Assembly (NCBI GenBank): GCA_964430885.1
Contig: CAYSHM010000007.1
Span: 67,623-131,622, forward strand
DNA length: 64,000 bases
Source of the DNA: an uncultured archaeon
Lineage (GTDB): Archaea > Thermoplasmatota > Penumbrarchaeia > JASLWR01
Reading direction: 5' to 3'
Position numbers and translations under genes: made by a program. Shown here in pieces: positions 29,990 through 39,212 of this stretch. Numbering within the stretch: position 1 is the stretch's first letter; each line of letters starts with the position of its first letter. The notes beneath the pieces were generated by a model. It had not been told where the DNA came from. It did not search any database and saw only the letters and a list, made by a program, of their open reading frames with translations.

Positions 29990-30946
29990 CTAGTTGCCCA
30001 TTGATGGCGATTTTTGTTCCAACACCTTTATTAGATTATGTACTGAAGAATTTACCGGTGCTTTCAATCCGCCATTCTCGGCGAGTTTAACAATGGCTCC
30101 GTTAATACTGTCAATCTCCGTGGGTTTGCCATTTCTTATATCCTGAAGCATGCTGGAAATATTACCTCGGGTATTGAGTATAACCTTGCGGACCATTTCA
30201 AAGGCGATTTCAGATGAAATGCTTATCTTGTTTAACTCCGCAACCCGGCATCCTTCATAAATTATTTCATGGATAATTCTCTGGAGACCTTCATTTTCAA
30301 GAAGCATGCCATTCCTGATATTCAGCAAAGCTGTAAGAGGATTGATAGAGGCGTTGATTATTACCTTCTTGTAGATCCAATCCCTAATATCCTCTTTCAG
30401 TGTTGGGACTATCCCTACTTCGTCCAAGCAGCGGGCCAATTCCTCTACTTTTGTCATATCTGTATTTGAATAGGGTCCCATAACTGTATCTCCAATTCCT
30501 GTATGCTCCACATGTCCAGGCCTGTCAAATATGGCCCCATGACAGGTATATCCTCCAATTATGGGATTGTCAGAAAATTCCCTAAGTATCTTTTCTTCAT
30601 TATCCAAACCGTTCTGGAGAGAGACAAAAGTCAAGCTGCTATCTATCACTGAAGGATATTTCTTCATGGTTTCAAGAATCTCTTGGGTTCCATGAGACTT
30701 TGAGAAAAGCATACAGAAATCAACACGAAAATCGGGATGATCGCACAATAGTTCATCCAGGTTCACATAAGAACCCGGACTGAAAGACCCTTGAGTAATA
30801 CCCTCTATCAGAAGACCGCGGCGGTTTATCTCATCTACATGATCCTTTCTCCCGATAATATAGGTGGTATATTTCTGGGAGAGGAGTGAACCAAAGAGAC
30901 TGCCCATGGCTCCGGCACCGTAGATCAGAAAAACAGGTTTACCCAT
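29990..30946 (-). CDS. panE: 2-dehydropantoate 2-reductase (ketopantoate reductase)
   Basis: GAGAMGS, LQNGL, K..INASINPLTAL, SSMLQD...GK.TEIDSINGAIV. Confidence 0.93.
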   Translation of the reverse strand: MGKPVFLIYGAGAMGSLFGSLLSQKYTTYIIGRKDHVDEINRRGLLIEGITQGSFSPGSYVNLDELLCDHPDFRVDFCMLFSKSHGTQEILETMKKYPSVIDSSLTFVSLQNGLDNEEKILREFSDNPIIGGYTCHGAIFDRPGHVEHTGIGDTVMGPYSNTDMTKVEELARCLDEVGIVPTLKEDIRDWIYKKVIINASINPLTALLNIRNGMLLENEGLQRIIHEIIYEGCRVAELNKISISSEIAFEMVRKVILNTRGNISSMLQDIRNGKPTEIDSINGAIVKLAENGGLKAPVNSSVHNLIKVLEQKSPSMGN

Positions 30947-31093
30947 GAGAGTGCCGGATTACAATTATTTTATTTTACAGTTGAGGATAAAATATTATTT
31001 ATCAATATTACCCTTCCCCATTACAATATTGATGAGGTAGGGCCCTTATGGTCCCGATACCAGGTTTGGTTCAAATAAATGAGTTGATATCAA

Positions 31094-32308
31094 ATGGACT
31101 TTAAAATTTTCGAGATGGACGAGGAAAAGGTTCAGGACGAGGAAATTATTGATAGAATAACTAAGCTCCAGACAATTCTGAAAAAAAGAAATTTGGACGG
31201 TGCTATCCTCTTCCGTTTTGAGAACCGATATTATTTCGGCGGTATAGTACAGATGGGTTTCATTTACGTACCCAAGGAAGGAACGGCACTGTATTTTATC
31301 AAGCGAGGCGCTTTGAGGGCCGAGCTGATCTCCCCCCTTAAGGTAGTAGGCTATACTAGATACAGTGATATTCCAGGTATACTCAAGGGTAATGATGTCA
31401 GCTTTCCCGAAACTATCGGGGCTGAACTGGACAAGATCCCGGTCAATTTTTATGGCAGATTACAGAAATTACTTGCAGATACCGAGATAGTCGACATTTC
31501 TTCCGATGTGCTCAACATCAGAATGATAAAATCCGAATTTGAAATACGCCAGATCAAGAGGGCTGCAGAGGTTACTGATGCAGGAATTAAGGTCATTCCC
31601 AAAATCTTAAGACCTGGAATCACTGAACTGGAGCTTCAGGCCGAAGTGGAAAAAGCCATGAGATTGAAAGGGCATCCCGGAGGAGTAAGAGGAAATGCCT
31701 GGGGACAGGAATTCAGTCCAGGAATAGTGCTATCAGGGAAAAACTCTGTGCTAGCAAATTATGTTGATGCAATACTGGGGGGAAAAGGACTGACCAATGG
31801 GATCCCTGTAGGATGCTCCACGAAAAAGATCCTTGTGAACGAACCTGTGATAGCGGATATGGTGGGAAGTAGCAACGGTTATTTTGCTGATATGACCAGA
31901 GTTTTCTGTTACGGTCATCTGAATGAAAAGGCCATGAAGGGACATCAATGGTGCATGGTTCAGCAAATGGAAATCGTGACCATGATAAAAAGGGGATTGC
32001 CCCTATCCGATATCACCCACCAGGTATTTGAAAAAGCTGAGGTGGACGGATATGGCAAGTACTTCATGGGATATGGTGATGCAAAAGTAACCTTCCTCGG
32101 TCACGGTGTGGGATTGGTCCTTGACGAATTTCCAGTCATATTCGGCAGATGGAAACAAGCGGCACTTCCGGGAATGGTTATAGCTATTGAACCAAAGATA
32201 ATGTTCCCAGACATTGGTGCAGTGGGTGTTGAAAACACTTGGGCAGTGAGGGGGACGCCCGGCAATCTCGATATGGAGCTCCTGACAGATACGGATTATT
32301 ATATTTAG
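31094..32308 (+). CDS. M24 family Xaa-Pro aminopeptidase / prolidase
   Basis: Creatinase-like N-domain; R.IKS..EI, D...D.TR, GHGVGL..E.P, IEP, G.E metal ligands. Confidence 0.9.
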   Translation: MDFKIFEMDEEKVQDEEIIDRITKLQTILKKRNLDGAILFRFENRYYFGGIVQMGFIYVPKEGTALYFIKRGALRAELISPLKVVGYTRYSDIPGILKGNDVSFPETIGAELDKIPVNFYGRLQKLLADTEIVDISSDVLNIRMIKSEFEIRQIKRAAEVTDAGIKVIPKILRPGITELELQAEVEKAMRLKGHPGGVRGNAWGQEFSPGIVLSGKNSVLANYVDAILGGKGLTNGIPVGCSTKKILVNEPVIADMVGSSNGYFADMTRVFCYGHLNEKAMKGHQWCMVQQMEIVTMIKRGLPLSDITHQVFEKAEVDGYGKYFMGYGDAKVTFLGHGVGLVLDEFPVIFGRWKQAALPGMVIAIEPKIMFPDIGAVGVENTWAVRGTPGNLDMELLTDTDYYI

Positions 32309-32486
32309 ACCGTCTTCCTGATGTAGTAAATGGACAAATCTTGAAACAATTTACTCAATTGTTTTCCCATTTATCCAACCCGTTTTACTGGATTTTTTTA
32401 TTATTCGTACTGTCATTATTTTCATCTTTTTTTTGAATAAAAATGTTTAAATAAAAAGTCAACCTTTTATTGTAAATGTTGAGTTG

Positions 32487-32501
32487 ACAACTTGAGGTTG
32501 T
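32487..32501 (+). promoter_or_regulatory. Putative heat-shock repressor operator ACAAC-N5-GTTGT
   Basis: Perfect 5-bp inverted repeat with a 5-nt spacer, downstream of AT-rich TATA-like elements and overlapping the SD of the wHTH gene. It resembles the A. fulgidus HSR1 site CTAAC-N5-GTTAG. Confidence 0.55.
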
Positions 32502-32506
32502 ATAGT

Positions 32507-33220
32507 ATGAGTAGTGAAGGTGAAATGGGAAATAATATTGATCTTGATGATATCCTCTGGGTACTGAAAAATCCCACGAGGAGAAGAATCCTCTCCAAGA
32601 TAGCAAGAGAGGTCCATTACCCCCTTCAGCTCTCAAAAGAACTCAACGTATCACAGCAGTCAGTAATGAAACATCTCTCAGTCCTGGAGGACAGAGGAAT
32701 ACTGAGAAGTGAAAAGGTGAAAAGTCCGGCAGGTCCAGAAAGAAAGATGTACTATCTTAACGTGCACGTATCTCTGGACATATATCTGTCAAACAATTCA
32801 TACCGGGTAGAGTTCAAGGACCATAACCGTGTAGAGCCAAGCAAGATGCCCACAGTATCTGACAGGGGATCGCGGGATGCTGGAGAAAAGGTGCTCAAGT
32901 TCGCCCATGAACTGGAGAGATGTATCAACACTCCGAGTTCCAAGGAATCCCTGAAACGGCTATCGGAACTCAACCACAAAATATCAAACGAGATATTGGA
33001 AAGGGAAATGCAGAGAGACATGCTCCTGAAGATCCAATCGGCCGCTTTGAGGGTCGCAAGGCAAATAATATCACAGATAAGCGAGGACTATACTGCCAGA
33101 GAGATATTACACTACTACGTTGAAATGGATAGGTTCGATGTAATAACACTCTCGGATGAACTGGACCTCAGGGTCAAGATAATCGAGAGGGTCCTTCGAA
33201 CTGTATTTGACACCGAATGA
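32507..33220 (+). CDS. ArsR-like winged-helix regulator with C-terminal coiled coil (HSR1/Phr-like heat-shock regulator)
   Basis: 'L.NPTRRRIL..I.....Y..QLS.EL.VSQQ.V.KHL..LE..G.......GP.RK.Y.L'; first gene of the hsp20-dnaK-dnaJ cluster. Confidence 0.85.
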   Translation: MSSEGEMGNNIDLDDILWVLKNPTRRRILSKIAREVHYPLQLSKELNVSQQSVMKHLSVLEDRGILRSEKVKSPAGPERKMYYLNVHVSLDIYLSNNSYRVEFKDHNRVEPSKMPTVSDRGSRDAGEKVLKFAHELERCINTPSSKESLKRLSELNHKISNEILEREMQRDMLLKIQSAALRVARQIISQISEDYTAREILHYYVEMDRFDVITLSDELDLRVKIIERVLRTVFDTE

Positions 33221-33257
33221 AACAATATATGATGTAAAAAAGGAAGGAGGTATGAAA

Positions 33258-33758
33258 ATGAATCGACGAAAAAGAGAACTGATGAAGAGAGAACCGGTAG
33301 TAGAGGACTTCTACAGTCCTTTCAGAACACTGAAGGCCATGAACGATATCATGGATGAATTCTGGGGTCGAGGTGTTTTCAGACCCTTTGAGAAATTCAA
33401 TACATTAGGACCGGCAGTTAGGGAAAGGAGTTATCTTCCCAGGACCAATTTCAGGGATAAAGGCGAATCCTATGAAATAATTGCTGAAATGCCAGGGATT
33501 TCCAAAGAGGACATCGATATTCACCTCAAGGACGGTGTTCTGGCGATACAGGCTGAAAAGAAGATTGAGAAGAAAGAGGGGGAGGACGACTACTACTATC
33601 AGGAGATAAGCACCAGATCATACCGAAGAACATTCTCCATTCCTGAGAACATAAAGGTAGAGGAGATAGATGCAAGCATGAACGACGGCATTCTCTTGGT
33701 GAAACTGCCGAAAATGACTAAAGAAGAACCAGAAGAGCACAAGATAGAGGTGAAATAA
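33258..33758 (+). CDS. hsp20: Hsp20/alpha-crystallin small heat shock protein
   Basis: 'AEMPG..KEDI.I.....L.I.AE', 'Y.R.F.IPE.....I.A...DG.L.V.LPK'; SD GGAGGT. Confidence 0.95.
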   Translation: MNRRKRELMKREPVVEDFYSPFRTLKAMNDIMDEFWGRGVFRPFEKFNTLGPAVRERSYLPRTNFRDKGESYEIIAEMPGISKEDIDIHLKDGVLAIQAEKKIEKKEGEDDYYYQEISTRSYRRTFSIPENIKVEEIDASMNDGILLVKLPKMTKEEPEEHKIEVK

Positions 33759-33977
33759 AGGAAGTAATTTGGAATTTGTTTTAAGCACTGGAGGCAAAGG
33801 CCCATTGAAAATTGAATGTGGCACCCACATTCTTCTGCAGATCTCCGGTGCATTTAATTTTTGAATATTTTCAGACCTTCAACAAGGAACAAATAGGATT
33901 TCAGAATCAGGAATAAATGAAATTAAAACGAAAAATCACAAGCATAAAGATTACAAAAAAGAGGAGAGTTGATTGAA

Positions 33978-35810
33978 ATGGGAAAAATAATAGGAATTGA
34001 TCTAGGGACCACTAACTCCGCTGTTGCGGTAATGGAAGCTGGAGAAGCAAAGGTCATACCCAATGCTGAAGGAGCGAGGACTACCCCATCGGTAGTGGCA
34101 GTCACCAAGAAAGGCGATAGATTGGTGGGCCAGGTCGCCAAAAGACAGGCCATAACCAATCCAGGGAATACGATTATGTCCATCAAGAGAAAGATGGGCA
34201 GTGATTTTCGGGCAAATATGGGCGGTAAGGATCATACACCGGAGCAGATTTCCGCGATGATCCTTCAGAAGCTCAAGAAGGATGCCGAGAACTACCTAGG
34301 TGAGAAGGTGAAAGAGGCCGTGATCACAGTGCCGGCTTACTTTCACGACTCACAGAGACAGGCTACAAAAGATGCGGGTAAGATCGCAGGATTGAACGTT
34401 AAAAGGATCATAAACGAACCGACAGCAGCAGCCCTTGCATACGGTCTGGACAAAAAAGAGGACATGCGAGTACTTATCTTCGATCTGGGAGGCGGAACTT
34501 TTGATGTATCCATACTGGAAATCGGCGATGGAGTGTTTCAAGTGAAATCCACAAGTGGAAACAACCGGCTCGGGGGCGATGATTTCGACCAGACTATCAT
34601 GGACTGGATGGCCAAGAAGTTTAAGGAAGAGGAAGGCGTTGATCTCAAGGAGGACAAGTCAACACTTCAGAGATTGAAGGACGCTGCGGAAAAGGCAAAG
34701 ATCGAACTGTCAGGCGTACCTGAAACCGCCATTAACATCCCCTTCATCACACAGGTTGATGGAGAACCCAAACACATTGATTACACCCTGACAAGAGCCA
34801 CCTTTGAGAGGATTTCGGAAGGTTTACTCAAGAAGACCATGGGACCCACAAAGAGAGCCATGAAGGATGCAAAATTCAAACCAAGTGACATTGACAAGAT
34901 ATTGCTTGTTGGAGGTTCCACCAGGATTCCTGCAGTCCAGAATGCTATAAAGGCTTACCTGAAGAAGGAGCCCAGCAAGGAAGTAAATCCCGATGAATGT
35001 GTGGCCATAGGCGCAGCAATTCAGGGCGGGGTTCTGGGCGGCGAGGTGAAGGACCTCCTTCTTCTGGATGTCACACCGCTGTCCCTTGGTATAGAAACCC
35101 TCGGAGGGGTAATGACAAAGCTCATCGAGAGGAACACAACAATACCTACAACAAAGAAGAAGATATTCTCAACTGCTGCCGACGGACAGCCGGCTGTGGA
35201 TATAAAGGTGCTTCAGGGCGAAAGGGCCATGGCTTCCCAGAACAAGCTTCTGGGAACCTTCACCTTGTCTGGAATACCTCCGGCACCAAGGGGCGTCCCG
35301 CAGATAGAGGTGATCTTTGATATGGATGCTAACGGCATACTGAATGTTTCCGCCAAAGACAAAGCTACTGGAAACGAACAGGATATCACTATTACAGATT
35401 CCACCCGTCTTTCCGATAACGAGATCGACAAGATGAAGAACGATGCAGATAAACACGCGGACGAGGATCAGATGAAGCTTAAACTCATTGAAGTAAAGAA
35501 CAAGGCTGAATCTCTGGCCTACACAACCCGGAAGACCATCAAGGAACACAAGGACAAGCTTAACAAGGACAAGATCGAAGATATAGAGAATGCTGTTGAA
35601 CGCATGGAGGAAGCAGCGAAGAAGGATGATCCAAAGGATATTGAAGCTAAGATAGATGAGGTCATGGATGCTTCCCAGAAGCTCTTTGCAGAGATGTATC
35701 AGGGAGCTTCAGGCGGAACTGGCGACCAGGCGGATTATACCGGATTCGGCGGTGCAGGCAGTGATGATGACGAGGATGTGGTCGATGTAGATTATGACGA
35801 TTTGGACTGA
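33978..35810 (+). CDS. dnaK: Molecular chaperone DnaK (Hsp70)
   Basis: [65 protein letters not shown]. Confidence 0.99.
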   Translation: MGKIIGIDLGTTNSAVAVMEAGEAKVIPNAEGARTTPSVVAVTKKGDRLVGQVAKRQAITNPGNTIMSIKRKMGSDFRANMGGKDHTPEQISAMILQKLKKDAENYLGEKVKEAVITVPAYFHDSQRQATKDAGKIAGLNVKRIINEPTAAALAYGLDKKEDMRVLIFDLGGGTFDVSILEIGDGVFQVKSTSGNNRLGGDDFDQTIMDWMAKKFKEEEGVDLKEDKSTLQRLKDAAEKAKIELSGVPETAINIPFITQVDGEPKHIDYTLTRATFERISEGLLKKTMGPTKRAMKDAKFKPSDIDKILLVGGSTRIPAVQNAIKAYLKKEPSKEVNPDECVAIGAAIQGGVLGGEVKDLLLLDVTPLSLGIETLGGVMTKLIERNTTIPTTKKKIFSTAADGQPAVDIKVLQGERAMASQNKLLGTFTLSGIPPAPRGVPQIEVIFDMDANGILNVSAKDKATGNEQDITITDSTRLSDNEIDKMKNDADKHADEDQMKLKLIEVKNKAESLAYTTRKTIKEHKDKLNKDKIEDIENAVERMEEAAKKDDPKDIEAKIDEVMDASQKLFAEMYQGASGGTGDQADYTGFGGAGSDDDEDVVDVDYDDLD

Positions 35811-35966
35811 TCAGCTTCAGAGCGGCCAGCTTTTCAGACCATAGAATTATCAAGGGGAATTGACCCTTGCCTTACACCCGGAAACTTTAACAATTCAGTT
35901 TCCGGGTCAATTTATTCTTAAATTTTAGATCAATCACCTACAGTTTGACAGGGAGGGTTCTCGGAA

Positions 35967-37100
35967 ATGCCCAAACAGGATTATTATAGAATATTGGGAG
36001 TGAACAAGAAGGCTAGCAAGGATGAGATAACCAAGGCTTACAGGAAAAAGGCTCTGAAATATCACCCCGATAAGAACCCTAACAACGAGGAAGCCGTTAA
36101 TAAGTTCAAAAAGGCAACGGAAGCCTATGAGATCCTCTCTGATGATGAAAAAAGAGAGCAGTACGACATGTTCGGCTCAGATGCACAGGATCCTGGAAAC
36201 AGGGGGTTCAAGTATTCATCTGATTTTGATATTAACGACGCAATGAATATTTTCATGAGGGATTTCGGTGGTCTGGGCGGTCCCGGACAGGGATTCGGGG
36301 AAGGAACTAGAGGGGACATATTCTCAATTTTCGGTCAGGGAGGAAGAGGCGGAGGCGGAATTCAAGATAGGCGGACCAGAGATGTGGAATTCAACGTAGA
36401 TATATCCCTAAAAAAGGCATTTATCGGTGGAAGAATCAATCTCAAAATACCTATTGATAGGCCCTGTTCAGCCTGCAGGGGGACAGGTGCAAAGGATGGA
36501 AATGTATCCGTATGTCCTAGCTGCGGGGGGAGCGGCAGAACAGAAGGTCAGAGAATCCAGGGCATGGGCGGAATGGTATTTACAATGGGGGCATGCAGGA
36601 ACTGTGGCGGAAAGGGAAAGATTGCCAAGGAATCCTGTTCCCATTGTATAGGACGGGGCACAGTTTCCGGTAAAAATGTAATCTCCGTGAATATACCCAA
36701 GGGAATAAGGTCCGGTAAGAAAATGCGGCTCAGAGGTAAAGGAATGGCTGCCGGTGACGGAATACCTCCTGGTGATCTATATCTAAATGTCACAGTCAAG
36801 GACGACCCCGTCTTCAGAAGGGACGGGAACGATCTGATAAGAGATATCCAAATACCGTTTTACGATGCGATTCTGGGTAAAAAATCGGAGATCGGGACAA
36901 TGGACGGTACAGCCCGGATAACCATTCCTCCCGGAACAAAACCGGGAAGCAAATTGAGACTGAAAGAAAAGGGCATGCCAGGCATGAAAGGCCGAAAGAG
37001 CGGGAACCTATATATCATTGTAAACATAACTATACCGAAGACAATGGATGAAAAACAGAAGGAATTAGTCTCAAAGCTCAGAAGATCCTTTGAAGGATAG
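35967..37100 (+). CDS. dnaJ: Molecular chaperone DnaJ (class I)
   Basis: J-domain with HPD, G/F-rich region, four CxxCxGxG zinc motifs, C-terminal domain. Confidence 0.97.
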   Translation: MPKQDYYRILGVNKKASKDEITKAYRKKALKYHPDKNPNNEEAVNKFKKATEAYEILSDDEKREQYDMFGSDAQDPGNRGFKYSSDFDINDAMNIFMRDFGGLGGPGQGFGEGTRGDIFSIFGQGGRGGGGIQDRRTRDVEFNVDISLKKAFIGGRINLKIPIDRPCSACRGTGAKDGNVSVCPSCGGSGRTEGQRIQGMGGMVFTMGACRNCGGKGKIAKESCSHCIGRGTVSGKNVISVNIPKGIRSGKKMRLRGKGMAAGDGIPPGDLYLNVTVKDDPVFRRDGNDLIRDIQIPFYDAILGKKSEIGTMDGTARITIPPGTKPGSKLRLKEKGMPGMKGRKSGNLYIIVNITIPKTMDEKQKELVSKLRRSFEG

Positions 37101-37331
37101 AAACCCGCTTTAACTGGAAAAAACTTCCTTAAGTATAACAGTGTAAAAGGAAATTTAACATTGATTTTTACTTGATCTGCCCTTTTGAAATGAGATATTC
37201 AGGGCACAATTGAAAATAATAAAAACACTTAAATCGATGAAATCAGGTTTTACCTATCGGCGGTTATCTGGGAAGAGGATTTGGAAATATTAATGATAGA
37301 AAAATATAGATCAATAAGGGAGGAGACAAAT

Positions 37332-37499
37332 ATGGCAGCTGTTGTAGATGCAGAACAATGTATTGGTTGCGGAGCCTGCGTGGACGTATGTCCTGTTGAG
37401 GCTATATCAATGACCGATGTTGCAGTTATTGACGCCGGAGAATGTATCGATTGCGGTAGTTGTGTAGAGGAATGCCCACAAGAAGCAATTTCTCTATGA
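37332..37499 (+). CDS. 2x[4Fe-4S] ferredoxin
   Basis: CIGCGACVDVCP and CIDCGSCVEECP; SD GGAGGAG before ATG at 37332. Confidence 0.95.
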   Translation: MAAVVDAEQCIGCGACVDVCPVEAISMTDVAVIDAGECIDCGSCVEECPQEAISL

Positions 37500-37634
37500 A
37501 CACAAGGTCTACAGACTTCTGTGAGTTGTAAAACGCAGCCGATGGGATGCAGTTAACATTTGATACGACCAATCAATAATTAATTCCTATCTGGTCAATA
37601 CTTATTACCTAACAATGTTCCGGCTCTTAACCTT

Positions 37635-37682
37635 GGTCCCTGAAAAACAGGGCCGTCGGCTCGGCTTTTTTTCTTTATTTAT
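37635..37682 (+). terminator. Hairpin(s) followed by T-tract between convergent ferredoxin and pcm genes
   Basis: CCCTG-AAAAA-CAGGG and GCCG-TCGGCT-CGGC, followed by TTTTTTTCTTTATTT. Confidence 0.5.
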
Positions 37683-37743
37683 TTCCGACTTTATATTTTA
37701 TTTTATTACTTCTTACCTAAATATCCCACAATTCACCGCTCTT

Positions 37744-38457
37744 TTAGTCCCATCCGAATTCTCCTCTTAAAGGAACAAAGGAGCAGGCACCGAGTACTTC
37801 CTTTTTAACATTCTCACTGCCCTGACTTTCCACGCTTGCCGAACCGAGCTTGGAGTAGCGTATCAATTGACAAAAATGCCCCCTACCCACAGGCATCAGG
37901 ATTATTCCCCCTGGGTTGAGGCATTCTAATAGAACCTTTGAAATATCAGGGGATGCCGCAGCAGTATATATCCTATCATAGGGTGAATTATCCTTTGCTT
38001 TCTGGACACCATCACCGAATATGACCTTTACGGTATTGCTGAAACCCGCCCTGGCTATATTTTCCATAGCCCTTCTGGCAAGATCATCGACTATCTCAAT
38101 GGAGATCACGGAACCTTCAGGACCTACAATGGAAGCTGCCACAGCAGCGTGATATCCCATCCCGCCTCCAATCTCCAGGACTTTATGTCCCTTTTTCAGT
38201 TTGAGCTCTTCACACATGATGGCTACCATATGAGGTGCTGATATGGTCTGTCCCGAGCCAATAGGCTGAGGGGTATCGTAATAGGCTGAAGAAATTTGCT
38301 TTTCTGGCAAGAACATCTCACGGGGAACAGAGGAAATTGCATCCTTCACCTTTTTTGAACGGACATATCCATGCCTTATCAAGCCTTCCACAAGTTGCCG
38401 CCTTCGATTATTCAATTCTTCCCCTGTCACATGCTTGTTTCTACCGAAAATGCTCAA
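37744..38457 (-). CDS. pcm: Protein-L-isoaspartate O-methyltransferase
   Basis: VPRE.F, AY.D.P.PIG.GQTISAPHMVA, VLEIG.G.GYHAA, GDG, PYDRI, FVPL.G. Confidence 0.96.
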   Translation of the reverse strand: MSIFGRNKHVTGEELNNRRRQLVEGLIRHGYVRSKKVKDAISSVPREMFLPEKQISSAYYDTPQPIGSGQTISAPHMVAIMCEELKLKKGHKVLEIGGGMGYHAAVAASIVGPEGSVISIEIVDDLARRAMENIARAGFSNTVKVIFGDGVQKAKDNSPYDRIYTAAASPDISKVLLECLNPGGIILMPVGRGHFCQLIRYSKLGSASVESQGSENVKKEVLGACSFVPLRGEFGWD

Positions 38458-39047
38458 GAAATGGGCCTCCCGTACAATCGGGATATCTTTTCCGAGATCA
38501 TGGATCCTTTGGAATATGCAGCATATGGAGTTTTTATCTTGGTAATAACTATCTCCTCACCGCCTATATTGACTATATCTCCTATAGAGATATCCTCTTC
38601 AGGATGAACCCAGAAATAAACCGATGTTGTGGTCCTTTTCCTGTTCACTGAGAGACCTATCTTCAATCTGTCATACCGCATGCACCATATTGTAGTTATG
38701 GCCGGAACTTCTGACCGCTCCACCCTTCTATTGGGATCCACTTCAATGGCAGTTATTTTCACAGGATATTCTTCCATAAGGAGTTCCTCACCGACCTGCA
38801 GCACATCATCCTCTTCAAGAAGAATGGTTGTTTTTCTGGATTTCTCCTGATCAGAAACTATTAAGGGAACCAGTACTTCCTTGGAAGGAGCTATACTTGA
38901 TTTGTGAACAAATCCGCATTCATTGCACTTAACTGTACAATCAAAACCCCCGCCAGCTCCACCGCCTCTGCCTGAGAGAACCTCATGGCCCCTAGCATCT
39001 CTGCATTGAGGGCAATCTACGAAAATTACATTTGGAAATTCTGACAT
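38454..39047 (-). CDS. Archaeal Zn-finger protein, HVO_0476/COG1326 family
   Basis: CPQC....HEVL ... VKCNECGFVH, 'VS..E.S', 'IT.IE....RV......I.TIW'; translationally coupled to pcm (TTGA). Confidence 0.85.
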   Translation of the reverse strand: MSEFPNVIFVDCPQCRDARGHEVLSGRGGGAGGGFDCTVKCNECGFVHKSSIAPSKEVLVPLIVSDQEKSRKTTILLEEDDVLQVGEELLMEEYPVKITAIEVDPNRRVERSEVPAITTIWCMRYDRLKIGLSVNRKRTTTSVYFWVHPEEDISIGDIVNIGGEEIVITKIKTPYAAYSKGSMISEKISRLYGRPIS

Positions 39048-39212
39048 ACCTAAACCTCACTGTATACATTCTATTATGAATCGTTCAATTATTATGACCT
39101 TCCCAATACTTCAGATGACTGACCTGAAGAAGTATAGTCAATAATCACAAAGCAGCAAATCAAATCCTTCGGGCAATTCTCCTATCCACCCCTAAAAAAT
39201 ATTCAAGGGAGA

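Noticed and set aside
37497-37556. Possible Sec/UGA readthrough of the ferredoxin with a downstream hairpin as SECIS
   Set aside because: The ferredoxin is already complete at CPQEAISL, the UGA is not at a Cys position, and the extension (TQGLQTSVSCKTQPMGCS) is not domain-like.
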